DNA of 63,914 nucleotides, the filler included. It is 7 parts of 7 records of this genome, joined end to end, with 100 filler letters (N's around TTAATTAATTAA, not from the genome) between each part and the next. Parts side by side here need not be neighbours in the genome. Positions count along the whole stretch, not along the records: positions 30,308 to 38,902 come from SRR31147125_9508; positions 39,003 to 53,015 come from SRR31147125_9519; 5 more parts are not named here. The stretch is one strand, 5' to 3'. The position numbers and the translations under genes were made by a program. Positions 30,667 through 41,689 of the stretch are shown here, in pieces; position 1 is the first letter of the stretch; every line of letters begins with the position of its first letter. The notes under the pieces are model-generated. The model ran no database searches, had not been told where the DNA came from, and was given only the letters and a program-made list of their open reading frames with translations.

Positions 30667-33320
30667 ATGGAAACGCTTAAAGATGTCGTGTGTGGTATGG
30701 ACATAACAAAAGAAAAGGCTGCAGGACAAAGTAGTTATAACGGGCGTGATTATTATTTTTGCTCAGAAAATTGCAAAGAAAAGTTCGATACGAATCCCGA
30801 GTTGTTTTTGAAACATACGGCTGTGAAACAACATAAAGATACTATATCGGTTAATAATATGTCAGGTAAACCTAAAACTCCTGGAGATCTGATTAAACTG
30901 GATATCCCGGTGGAAGGTATGTCATGTGCTTCGTGCGCCATGCGTGTGGAAAAATCACTGGCATCCTTACCCGGCACAGAGCATGCGACTGTCAATTTTG
31001 CCACTGAAAAAGCGTCTATAGAGTTTGATTCCGCTCAGATGGATGTGAGCCGGATTGCAGAGACCATTCATTCGGCTGGATATAAAGTCAGACAGGAATC
31101 CTTACGCATCGGAATTGAAGGAATGACCTGTGCCTCCTGTGTCAGCAGAGTTGAAAAAGCCATAAAAGCCGTTCCGGGTGTCCTGGAAGCATCCATTAAT
31201 CTTGGCACTGAGGAAGCTACAATTCGATATATTCCCCAGATCAGCAACGCCCAAGATATTGCCAAAGCTATTGATTCCAGTGGTTACAAGGCGATCCTTG
31301 CCCATGAAGAAGAACTTGAGGATGTTGAACGTGTTCTGAGAGAGAAAATGTATAAAAAATTAATAATAAAGCTTTTTTTGTTGCTGCCTTGACCGTGCCC
31401 ATATTGATTCTTTCTTTTTCCGATATATTTACTTTTGTGCAGTATATACCTGAACAGGTCAAATGGCTATTGCTTTTCTTCCTGACTTTTCCGGTGATTC
31501 TCTACCCGGGAGCGCAGTTTTACAAAGGCGCCTTGAGCGCTTTAAAAAACAAAGCAGCAGATATGAACACATTGATTGCCATCGGAACCGGCTCGGCTTT
31601 TATCTACTCCAGTCTGGCTACCTTTTTTCCGGCCTTATTGCCGGGCGGGTTACGGACCGTTTATTTTGATACGGCTGCGGTTATTATTACCCTTATTCTC
31701 CTGGGAAAATTTCTGGAAGCCAGGGCCAAGGGGCGGACGTCAGAGGCTATTAAAAAGTTGATGGGTTTGCAGCCAAAAACAGCCCGTGTTATCCGAAATG
31801 GCCGTGAAATAGATATCTCAATCAAAGAGGTCGTTGTCGGAGATGAAATCCTGGTGCGGCCGGGAGAGAAAATTCCGGTTGATGGGCTGGTCACACAGGG
31901 GTCATCTTCTGTGGACGAATCCATGATTACGGGTGAATCTATACCGGTGACAAAAGAAACCAATGATGAGGTTATTGGTGCAACCATCAATAAGACAGGA
32001 TCATTTCGCTTCCGCGCCACCAGAGTTGGCAAAGAAACAGCTCTGGCACAAATCATCAAACTGGTTCAACAGGCCCAGGGATCTAAAGCGCCTATTCAGC
32101 GAATGGCAGATATTATTGCCAGCTATTTTGTTCCAGTTGTGATCGCTATTGCATTTTTGTCTTTTGTAGTCTGGTATCTTGTTGGTCCGGAGCCCACATT
32201 GACTTTCGCTTTGGTTACCTTTATTACCGTACTCATCATTGCTTGTCCCTGTGCTTTGGGTCTTGCAACACCAACCTCGATTATGGTTGGTACCGGAAAA
32301 GGAGCGGAGAATGGTATACTCATCAAGGACGGTGAAGCCCTTGAAACAGCTCACAAAATGAATGCGATTGTATTGGATAAAACCGGAACTATTACTGTCG
32401 GTAAACCCACAGTGACCGATGTGTTTTCCGTCAGAGGTATGGAACAAGATGAAATATTACGATTAGCCGCCTCGGTTGAACGTGGCAGTGAGCATCCCCT
32501 TGGTGAAGCGATTCTGGAAAGCGCCAAAGAAAAAAAACTGTCACTTGATGAGCCCGAATCCTTTCAGGCTATACCAGGTCATGGTGTCGAAGCGCAGGTA
32601 AACCAGCATTCTGTTTTACTTGGAAACCAAAAGTTTTTCAACGATCGTAACATTGTGTTGAACGGCCTGGAAAAACAGGCAAGTACGCTGGCGGATGAGG
32701 GCAAAACCCCCATGTTTGTCGCTGTGGATGGCCAGGCTGCCGGTATTGTATCCGTAGCAGATACGGTTAAAACAGAATCTGCTGAGGCTATCGCTGGAAT
32801 GAAAAAGCTGGGATTAAAAGTCATCATGATCACCGGTGACAATCGCCGCACAGCAGAGGCTATTGCCGCCCAGGTTGGCGTAGATCAGGTTTTGGCTGAG
32901 GTGTTACCGGAGGATAAGGCCAATGAGATAAAGAAACTACAGCAGAAAGGTCTTGTTGTGGGTATGGTGGGTGATGGTATTAATGATGCACCAGCCCTGG
33001 CACAGGCGAATGTCGGCATCGCCATTGGCACTGGAACAGATGTGGCCATGGAGGCCAGTGATATAACCCTGATTAAAGGGAAATTATCCGGTGTGGTCAC
33101 CATGATTAAGCTGAGTAAAGCAACCATGCGAAACATTAAACAAAATCTCTTCGGATCTTTTATTTATAACATCCTGGGTATTCCCATTGCTGCGGGTGTA
33201 TTGTATCCCTTTTTCGGCATTTTACTCAGTCCTATGATTGCCTCAGCAGCCATGGCTGCCAGCAGTGTAACTGTTGTGAGTAACGCATTGCGCCTGAAGC
33301 GATTCCGTGCGGATGTTTAA
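30667..33320 (+). CDS. copA: Cu(I)-translocating P1B-type ATPase with YHS and two HMA domains; frameshift at T7 31373-31379
   Basis: DVVCGM/YYFCS..C (YHS), [40 protein letters not shown] and MAASS motifs; one extra T joins ORFs 30667-31392 and 31389-33320. Confidence 0.92.
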
Positions 33321-33458
33321 AATTCGTTTATTAATATAAAATTTACTTGTTTAAAAATTGAAAATTATTAAAAATGGAGGTTTGTTGTACCTATTTATGC
33401 CGGAATTTTTTATTTCTGGCCTTGTTTGCTACTATTTATTTTAAAAAGAGGTGTTGAT

Positions 33459-34688
33459 ATGGGATTAAAGTTTAAAATACTCATGTCTTTATTTGTTAAT
33501 TTTTGTTTAATGGTTACTTTATCCAACGCCCAAATGATGGGCCAATGGGGTGATCCCGGATGGGGTCATGAAGAACGTCACCATATGGATTGGCCGGATA
33601 CATTAAATACTACTGAAGTGACAGGAACGGTTCTGGTTGATTCTTCTTTTTACATGCCGCATTATTATCTGGATGTTGACGGTAATGAAGAGGTGGATTA
33701 TCAATTGGGATTTGGGCCCTATTGGTATGAGCCGGAAAGTGGCGCCTTACGACCTGATGAGGGAGAACTGATTACAGTAAAAGGGTGGGTGCAAACGAGT
33801 ATGCTTCCACAGATGCTGGTTGTGCTGGAATTAAATGGTCTTATGTGGCGGGAAACGTCTGGTGTGCCAGGATGGTCCGGAATGTGGATCCATGGCGATT
33901 CAGAGGATCATGAATTTGTATATTGTCCCACAGATAGCCTTTCCTGGTTGAATTTTCAGCCCGGTAGTTTTATGGGAGGTGGCATGCATGGTGGTATGAT
34001 GTTCCCGGATTCCATTTATGTCCAGTTTGAGCTCATGCATCCTGATAGTCTCCCTGGCTTTCCGGATTCGACCTGTTTTGCCGGTTTTCATCTGAATACT
34101 CTCGATGACCGATGGGGAGATATGATGGGAGGTTTCCGTGGAGGTCGGCACAGTATGGGATTCCGACAGAATGTTGGTTTTCAGTTTCATTTTACCGAAG
34201 AAATGCTGCAGGCACGAGGCCTTGAAGAAAATCACGGCGTTCACGTGAGATATTATGATCCAAATTCCGGTTGGATGACTATGCCTGATTATTCCTATGA
34301 TCCGGAAAGTAATATGATTGACTTTTCTACAGCCACAACATCCTCTTATTATGGTCTTTTTACCACAAGCTCCACGACTGATGTTGAAGAGAACCAGACA
34401 GCTGTTCCTACCGGATTTGTATTGAAACAAAATTATCCAAATCCATTTAATCCGACGACAACCATCACTTTTACAATCCCTGATAAGGATTTTGTCGAAA
34501 TGAAAATATATGATGTATTGGGCAAAGAGGTCAGGACTCTTGTCTCTTCCACAGTTGATATCGGTAACCATACTGTGAGATGGGATGGATTAGATAATAG
34601 CGGTATGCAGGTGCGTTCCGGTGTTTATTTTTACAAAATAACCACTAATGGCTATTCACAGATAAGGCAGATGGTCCTTTTGCGATAA
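33459..34688 (+). CDS. Secreted Met/His-rich protein with C-terminal T9SS type A/FlgD-like domain
   Basis: GAGG RBS before ATG 33459; signal peptide; QNYPNPFNP...IYDVLGKEVRTLV...WDG...SGVYFY tail. Confidence 0.8.
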   Translation: MGLKFKILMSLFVNFCLMVTLSNAQMMGQWGDPGWGHEERHHMDWPDTLNTTEVTGTVLVDSSFYMPHYYLDVDGNEEVDYQLGFGPYWYEPESGALRPDEGELITVKGWVQTSMLPQMLVVLELNGLMWRETSGVPGWSGMWIHGDSEDHEFVYCPTDSLSWLNFQPGSFMGGGMHGGMMFPDSIYVQFELMHPDSLPGFPDSTCFAGFHLNTLDDRWGDMMGGFRGGRHSMGFRQNVGFQFHFTEEMLQARGLEENHGVHVRYYDPNSGWMTMPDYSYDPESNMIDFSTATTSSYYGLFTTSSTTDVEENQTAVPTGFVLKQNYPNPFNPTTTITFTIPDKDFVEMKIYDVLGKEVRTLVSSTVDIGNHTVRWDGLDNSGMQVRSGVYFYKITTNGYSQIRQMVLLR

Positions 34689-34844
34689 GGCAAATTTTCC
34701 TGTAGGTTTCGAAATAACGCATAGCTGTTTTTAACGGCTATGTGTTGTTTCTTGTTAATGAAGCACTCACTTTCTCATGAATTGAATACACCATTGGGAT
34801 TTTCCGAATGGTAAGAGTATAGTAACACAGTAATGGAAAATTAA

Positions 34845-35585
34845 ATGGAAAAGGAACTTGCAAAACAGTTACATGATGGCGTTAGACAGGCTTATTCTGA
34901 TGCCGCAAAAAATCCTGATAAGACACATCCATTTCCTGTTGGACGAGCTTTTGCTTTAAGCCTGGGGTATTCACCGGACCTCCTGGATGTTTTACCGCCT
35001 GCATGCTATGATGTCTTTGCGGGTGTCTCAAATGTGTCGGTTTTTGCCGATATAAAAGAAGGAGCTACCATCCTGGATCTGGGATGTGGTTCTGGTCTCG
35101 ACTCTTTAATAGCAGCTCAACGAGTTGGTCCGAATGGACGAGTTCTTGGAATTGATTTTAGTGAGACGATGCTGGATCGGGCGCAAAAAGCAGCAGATTT
35201 ATCCAATTTGAACAATGTGATCTTTTTCAAGAGTGAGGCCGACAATTTACCGGTTGATGACGGACTGGTTGATGTGGTACTGGTAAATGGCATTTTTAAT
35301 TTGAATCCAAAAAGAGAAACCATTTTTCAAGAAATGGCCCGGGTTGTACGGCAAGGTGGTTCTGTATACATTGCTGAACTCGTATTAAAAGAATTTCTTC
35401 CATCCAAACCTCCATTAAATGAAAAAGAGTGGTTTGCCTGAGTTGCCGGGGCAAAGGAAGGCGGTGCCTTTCTCAAAGAGCTGTATCAGGCTGGCTTTCA
35501 GGACGCCAGAATCATAAAAACGAGTCGCAATGCCCGGACGAAAAGTCCACTGGTGTTGGCTGCAGATGTTGTGGCAATAAAGTAA
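34845..35585 (+). CDS. ArsM-like SAM-dependent methyltransferase, probable selenoprotein (Sec at UGA 35439-35441)
   Basis: LDLGCGSGLD SAM motif; read-through gives WFA-U-VAGAKEGGAFLKELYQAGFQD... ending at TAA 35583-35585, matching the ArsM C-terminal W..C.AGA.......L..AGF pattern. Confidence 0.85.
35455..35473 (+). promoter_or_regulatory. Putative bacterial SECIS hairpin
   Basis: AGGAAGGC-GGT-GCCTTTCT stem with a G-rich apical loop 21 nt after the UGA. Confidence 0.65.
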
Positions 35586-36065
35586 AAATTTGTTCTGTAA
35601 AGATCTTGATTTTATCCCATCCTTAAGAATTTTTTTTGAAAAATTTCACTCCATTTTCAAATAACGTTAATTTGTCCCTGGCGTGAAAAAAATAGTGACA
35701 TGTCCGCACAGTAATTTGCCTTCTGAGAATTCCTGTTGAACTAAATTTTGCTGTATAAAAATTATTTCCATAATTGGCTGAAACATTTTTACCATGTATC
35801 CGTAGTTGTATACATGAGAATAAAAAATGAAAATAACCGATTTTTGCTAAAATGTGTTGCGATTTGCGATACGGGGCTTTTAATAGTGTAATTTATGGCA
35901 AACATTGATTAATTTAATGCACATCCTTTCAAAAACACCAAACACAAATTTTTCAATCTTTAATTTTACCGACCTTAACTTTGATCCCTGATCAATAGTC
36001 CTATCGTCCCGGCTTTTCAGATTTATAATCTAATCAAACATTTAAATTATTTACGGAGGTGATTT

Positions 36066-38051
36066 ATGTTTAACTCAAAAAGCGTATCATTGGTTTTATT
36101 AATGGTATGTTTTGCAACGGTTCTCTTTTCGCAAAATGTAAGCACTCAGGAAGCTATGGAATTTGAAAAAATAAACCAGCAGGATCTGGTAGCCGCTCAA
36201 AAACTGTTTGAAAAACTTGAAGCTATTACTGGTGACAAAACAGTCGAAACAGTTCTCGAGCCTTTGAATGATTTGCAGATTATTTTGGATCGAAGAATGT
36301 GGCAAGCCAGTCTTTACCAAAACGTTCATCCGAATCCGGAAATGCGTTCTGTGAGTGAAAAATACGAACAGGAATTTGCCAAAATTGCAACGCAAATTGA
36401 AATGTCCAGGCCAATCTATGATGCTTTAGCAGATATAAATGTGAAAAAAGAAGATGACGAAACCCAATTTTATGTGAATAAACTTTTAAAAAAATTTAAA
36501 AGAGCGGGTGTGGACAAGGATCCGCAAACCCGTGAGAAAATCCGTCAGCTTCAGGAAGAATTGCTGAAAACCGAACAGGAATTTAGCCGTAATATCCGCG
36601 AAGATGTGCGTACTATAGCTTTGGAATCTGTGGAAGATTTGGCTGGTATGCCGCAGGATTTTATCGATAATCACCAGCCTGAACAAGATGGGAAAATTTA
36701 CGTGTCCACTGACAGAACAGATTATATTCCTTTCATAAGTTACGCACATTCTGATAAACATAGATCTGATCTATATAAACAAAACCGTCAACGCGGTTAT
36801 CCTAAAAATGTTGTTGTATTAAAAAAAATTTTAAATATTCGGTACGAACTGGCAACATTGCTCGGCTATAAGAACTGGGCGGATTATGTGACCGAAGATA
36901 AAATGGTTAAATCAGCCAAAAAGGCAGATGCTTTCATTGATGAGATATCAAATCTTGCCAAAAAGAGGGCAGACCAGGAATATAAAGAATTACTAAAACG
37001 CTTACAACAGGATCAACCTCAGGCGAAAAAGATTGGTGCCTGGCAAAAAGAATATCTTCAAGAGACAGTAAAACGCGAAAAATATAAATTTGATTCACAG
37101 GAGCTTCGGCCTTATTTCCCGTATGAGACAGTCAAACAGGGACTTTTTGATATAACCGGCCAAATGTTCGGTTTAAATTACAAAAAGGTTGATATTCCTG
37201 TCTGGCATCCAAGTGTAGAGGCTTATGAACTGTGGCGAGGCGACGAATTGGTAGGGCGTTTCTATTTTGATATGCATCCACGTCCTGATAAATATCAACA
37301 TGCCATGATGACAGAAGTGGTAACAGGTATTGCGGGCAAGCAGATCCCTGAAGCAGCACTTGTTTGTAATTTTCCAGGTGGAGACGGCACAGATGGATTA
37401 ATGGAACACACTCAGGTCACGACTTTTTTCCATGAGATGGGTCATTTGTTGCATCATTTATTGGGCGGTGAACAACGTTGGATTGGCATCTCCGGCATCA
37501 CCACAGAATGGGATTTTGTTGAAATGCCTTCAAAATTGCTTGAGGAATGGGCATGGGATCTTCGCATCCTGAAAATGTTTGCCAAAAACACAGATGGTGA
37601 ACCTATTCCTGAGGTGCTTATAAGAAAGATGTTGCGACTGAGAAAAAATGGTCTTGGATTGGATACAGAACAACAAATGTTCTACTCTGCCATTTCCCTC
37701 AATTTGCATAATCGTGATCCACATACTTTTTCATCCGTTCAATTACTGCAGAAATTACAATCACAATATTCACCGTATGAATATATTCCCAGAACCTATA
37801 TGTATCTTGCTTTTGGTCATCTGACCGATTATTCTGCCATATATTATACCTATGTCTGGTCAGAGGTTATTGCAAAGGATGTTTTTAGTGAATTCAAAAA
37901 GAATGGATTGCTGAATAAAGACATTGCGAATGCTTATTTAGAAAAAGTTCTAAAACCGGGTGGGTCTAAACCTGCGGCAGATCTTGTGAAAGACTTTTTG
38001 GGGAGAAACTATAATTCAAAGGCGTTTGCAAAGGAACTGAACGCAAGTTAA
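36066..38051 (+). CDS. M3A oligopeptidase (thimet-like), exported
   Basis: FHEMGHLLH (HEXXH), DFVEMPS, YSAIYYTYVWSEVIA and FLGR motifs; signal peptide. Confidence 0.92.
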   Translation: MFNSKSVSLVLLMVCFATVLFSQNVSTQEAMEFEKINQQDLVAAQKLFEKLEAITGDKTVETVLEPLNDLQIILDRRMWQASLYQNVHPNPEMRSVSEKYEQEFAKIATQIEMSRPIYDALADINVKKEDDETQFYVNKLLKKFKRAGVDKDPQTREKIRQLQEELLKTEQEFSRNIREDVRTIALESVEDLAGMPQDFIDNHQPEQDGKIYVSTDRTDYIPFISYAHSDKHRSDLYKQNRQRGYPKNVVVLKKILNIRYELATLLGYKNWADYVTEDKMVKSAKKADAFIDEISNLAKKRADQEYKELLKRLQQDQPQAKKIGAWQKEYLQETVKREKYKFDSQELRPYFPYETVKQGLFDITGQMFGLNYKKVDIPVWHPSVEAYELWRGDELVGRFYFDMHPRPDKYQHAMMTEVVTGIAGKQIPEAALVCNFPGGDGTDGLMEHTQVTTFFHEMGHLLHHLLGGEQRWIGISGITTEWDFVEMPSKLLEEWAWDLRILKMFAKNTDGEPIPEVLIRKMLRLRKNGLGLDTEQQMFYSAISLNLHNRDPHTFSSVQLLQKLQSQYSPYEYIPRTYMYLAFGHLTDYSAIYYTYVWSEVIAKDVFSEFKKNGLLNKDIANAYLEKVLKPGGSKPAADLVKDFLGRNYNSKAFAKELNAS

Positions 38052-38065
38052 TTTTGGTTGACATT

Positions 38066-38100
38066 ATGGTGGAGATGATATCTCAGCATCTCCACCATTT
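38066..38100 (+). terminator. Stem-loop after the peptidase gene
   Basis: ATGGTGGAGATG...CATCTCCACCAT followed by T. Confidence 0.65.
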
Positions 38101-38182
38101 GCTATTCTAATAACGGTGTTAACCTAAAAGTGTATAAATTTATCCAAATATAGCGCTTTAACTGTAATAATAACATGGGTTG

Positions 38183-38238
38183 TCCTCCTTGTCAAAGGAG
38201 GATACAGGGGGTTGTCTATCTCCCAAGCCAAAACCCCC
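38183..38238. repeat. REP-like element
   Basis: TCCTCCTT-GTCA-AAGGAGGA followed by GGGGGTT...AACCCCC. Confidence 0.5.
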
Positions 38239-38402
38239 ACGAGTTCTGAATCTTGATTTGACTGCTTGAGAGATAACGTATTAATAAATTTTAAAGCATT
38301 TCAAGAGATCCGTTATGTCTAATTTAAATAATATCAACTGTGTTAATCGTTCAAGTGTTTTACGAAAATGTTTTTGTCGCTTTCTATTGAAAAGTTGTAT
38401 AT

Positions 38403-38705
38403 CTACCAGGTCCTTCTTTTCTGACCACCAGGTCTGCTTCCGGGCTTTTTAGTGCCGGCACGTCGATTTCTTGCTTCATTTATCTTTAAATCCAGCCCCA
38501 GAAACTCGGAGCCGTCGAGCTCTGCTATGGCCTTGTTGGCGTTTTCCGCATCCATTTCAACAAAACCAAATCCACGTGAAGAACCTGTGTCCCAATCCAT
38601 GATGATCTTTACAGAATGAACCTCACCAAATGGTTCGAATAAAGATTTTATTTCGTCCTCCGTGGCCTTGGGAACCAGATTGCCAACGTATATTTTTTTC
38701 ACCAT
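38403..38705 (-). CDS. RRM RNA-binding protein
   Basis: RNP2 KIYVGNL and RNP1 RGFGFVEM. Confidence 0.93.
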   Translation of the reverse strand: MVKKIYVGNLVPKATEDEIKSLFEPFGEVHSVKIIMDWDTGSSRGFGFVEMDAENANKAIAELDGSEFLGLDLKINEARNRRAGTKKPGSRPGGQKRRTW

Positions 38706-38857
38706 TTTGTTTCTCCAAAAAATAATAAAAATTTTTCCCAGGGGCCAAAAACCGGCTCGGTAGGAAATGAATTAAGAATAAACCTCTGCAGAATACTGTA
38801 GAAACATATTATTTAAAAGATATATTCTAAAAGTATGTGAATTACCTGTACCTCCCA

Positions 38858-38883
38858 TGTCATTCCGCACGTTCGGGAATCCA
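38858..38883. repeat. Degenerate GTCATTCC...GGAATCCA palindromic repeat near the contig end
   Basis: TGTCATTCCGCACGTTCGGGAATCCA. Confidence 0.45.
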
Positions 38884-38902
38884 TTGCATTGTCTGATAAA
38901 AA

Positions 38903-39002
38903 NNNNNNNNNNNNNNNNNNNNNNNNNNNNNNNNNNNNNNNNNNNNTTAATTAATTAANNNNNNNNNNNNNNNNNNNNNNNNNNNNNNNNNNNNNNNNNN
39001 NN
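38903..39002. other. Artificial contig-joining spacer
   Basis: 100 nt N/TTAATTAATTAA/N. Confidence 0.98.
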
Positions 39003-39029
39003 AATAATAATATTATTCAACAACCCCAT
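39003..39029. mobile_element. Probable IS terminal inverted repeat at the left end of C5
   Basis: Reverse complement ATGGGGTTGTTGAATAATATTATTATT is 24/27 identical to 52988-53014. Confidence 0.55.
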
Positions 39030-39085
39030 TAGATAAATTGAGTGATAAAGAACATATAAACCACCCGTTGATAGATTATTTAGTT

Positions 39086-40370
39086 TCAGTTGCTATAAGA
39101 TTCAGCCTTAGCCGCATCTAAGCCTTGTTTGACGGCATCTTTTGGAATAAACACAAATACTATAAATCCTAATATAAACAGTACACTTATGCCTAATGCT
39201 CCATACCTTGAGTGCCCAAAGATAGTAGTCAGCATTGCAACAAGCAAAATAATCTAATACGGATGAATATCTGCCAAGGATATTATAAAATCCAAAGTAT
39301 TCGTTGTTATGCGTTTTGTCGGTTATAAGCTGTGCAAAGAAAGAGCGTGATATCGCCTGTATTGTGCCTAATACCAGTGCAATTACTGTTGCTATCAGCC
39401 AAAAATGCCATGCTTGGCTCATAAAGAATGCTAATGCGCAGACTATAGCGAATATAACGATGGAAACCATTATTATAAGCTTTGCTGAGAATCTTTTAAT
39501 CAGATTAGCGCAAATCATTACAAACGCCGCCGCTATAAACTGAGTGCATAAAAGCGCTATAATCATCTGAGTTGTATCAATGCCTACATCTGCGCCAAAT
39601 TCCGTACTCATTGCAACGATGGTATTAACGCCATCAATATAAAAGAAATATGACAGAAGAAAAAGCGCCATGTTTCTGTTTTTGACGATTTTTTTAAATG
39701 TGGAAACTATACTTTTTGTGGAAGCTGCAAACAGACCTTTACGCTCTCTTTCCACGTAGTATTTCTGGTGAACATTGCGCAGCATGGGGATAGTAAAAAG
39801 CCCCCACCATAATGCGTTTATAAAAAACGATATCTTTATAGCCTGTATGCTGCTCATGCCGAATGGTTCAAACATAATAAATAAAATGCTTATCAAAAAC
39901 GGTATGCTTCCTCCAATATATCCCGCCGCATAGCCAAACGAAGACACATAGTCCATCCTATCATCGGTGGTTACATCGACGAGGAAAGCATCGTATATTA
40001 CATAGGTACCGGTATAGCCAATTAATCCAATAAAGTTTATTGCAAGCAGCACATAATAATTATCCGCAAATATCATAAGTGCTATACATATCATGGAAAT
40101 TACAAAGAAAATGTTAAATATCTTCTTCTTGTTGCCCTTAAAGTCAGCCAATGCACCGATAAATGGTGCCAGAAAAGCCAAAAGAAGGGTAGCGACTGAA
40201 TTGATGTAGCCCCAATGAGCTGTGGACTGTGCTCCAGTTACCCCTACGCCTGCGCCTATGGATTTTAAATATACAGGAATTATTCCCACCAACAGCATAG
40301 TAAATGCTGATGATGATAGATCATAAAACGACCAGCTTTTTTCTTCTTTTGTTAGTTTTATCTTTGCCAT
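39086..40370 (-). CDS. MFS transporter (UMF1/ATG22-like), frameshift near 39255
   Basis: SWSFYD, GALAD..GNKK, YDAFL.D, YIDGVNT, ISRS and EYFGFY motifs; the last TM helices (LLVAMLTTIFGHSRYGALGISVLFILG...) lie in another frame ending at 39086. Confidence 0.85.
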
Positions 40371-40373
40371 ATC

Positions 40374-41204
40374 TTATCCTTTCAACCCTGGTAAATTAGG
40401 TTCAACCATTTTGTCTCCTTTAGGTATCTCAAGAAGATGACAAAGTAATGGCGCTATTATTAACTGCGATAGAATTTCTTGTGAATAATCACCACTGTCC
40501 ACCTTATCACTGATAATATACAATGGAACTAGCCGTTCAATATCACTATTTCCGCCATGCATAGCCCATTCATTCATGCCGTGGTCAGCAGTAATAACTA
40601 TATCATAGCCTTCATTCATCCAAAGCGGAATAACATTGGACAATATATAATCAGTTTTAACTGCGGTATTTGCATATTCTTTGCTGTCTCCTCCAAACCT
40701 ATGACCTATATCGTCCATATTCATTGTATGAACCAACATGAAATCTGGTTTATATGTATACAGAAGCATGTTAGCGTCTGCTACCAAATGTCCATCAGGA
40801 TAGAAAGCTCCCGTCTCGTCAAAACAATAAATACCATGCATGATAGCCATCTCATCATCGTTTTGAATTCTATCTGTTAAAGGATTAAAAGGCACTTTAT
40901 TATAAAGCTCAGAAAACCAACTGTAAGCAGCGGCAGCCGTTTTCAAATTGTTTTCTTTTGCAAGTCCAAAAACATGTTGCTCAGTTGAAAGCCTCTTTAT
41001 TTCATTGGAATAGATACCATGTGTTATGGTATTAACACCTGTCATCAAAGTCTCATATAGTGGTCGTGAGATGGACGGTAGCTCAGATTGTATTTTGTAT
41101 CGTGCCGCAACTCCAGCTTCTTTCAAATGCTCTAAAAAACCCATGTTACGAAAAGCTGTGTCACATCTTATACCATCTATCAGTATAAAAACTACTTTGC
41201 TCAT
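40374..41204 (-). CDS. Alkaline phosphatase/nucleotide pyrophosphatase family protein
   Basis: LIDG, PSISRP, DDIGH and TADHG metal-ligand motifs. Confidence 0.88.
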   Translation of the reverse strand: MSKVVFILIDGIRCDTAFRNMGFLEHLKEAGVAARYKIQSELPSISRPLYETLMTGVNTITHGIYSNEIKRLSTEQHVFGLAKENNLKTAAAAYSWFSELYNKVPFNPLTDRIQNDDEMAIMHGIYCFDETGAFYPDGHLVADANMLLYTYKPDFMLVHTMNMDDIGHRFGGDSKEYANTAVKTDYILSNVIPLWMNEGYDIVITADHGMNEWAMHGGNSDIERLVPLYIISDKVDSGDYSQEILSQLIIAPLLCHLLEIPKGDKMVEPNLPGLKG

Positions 41205-41689
41205 ATGTACTTCCTTTCAATAATCTATTTAGCAAACATAAGCCTTAGCATTAATCAAGAGAATATCATAGTGACTATAGCTTATATCTCATTAGATTAT
41301 GTTACTATTCCAAGTTATTATAAGTGTTAAAGCTTTAACTAGTTTATGTTAAAAAGTATAAGAATTTTTATAAATCTCGCAGAATGGCTAGATAATGAGG
41401 AGTTCTTTTGAAATATATATAAAAATACTCTCCATCATAGCGGTTTTATTTTATCACAAGACAAATTTATAATAAGAATAAATTGATCAATATTGATGTA
41501 GATGCTGGAGTGATTACAATTAGTGCAAATGAACAGTATGATAACAATATTTAAGAAGATAATTATGTATATCGTGAACGTAGGAAGGGGGCAATACATC
41601 GTTTTCTTTATTAAGCTTAGCAATATATGAAAAGTATTTATTAGTGAATGTATGGTAGAATAGTAATACTATGCTAAGGAAGTGTTGCG

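Noticed and set aside
33900..34571. 223-aa antisense ORF
   Set aside because: Shadow of the secreted protein gene.
22271..35585. Apparent large copper island spanning the oxidase operon and copA
   Set aside because: The two parts lie on different contigs separated by a linker.
35429..35626. 65-aa Cys-rich ORF after the methyltransferase
   Set aside because: Out-of-frame overlap with the better-supported Sec read-through extension.
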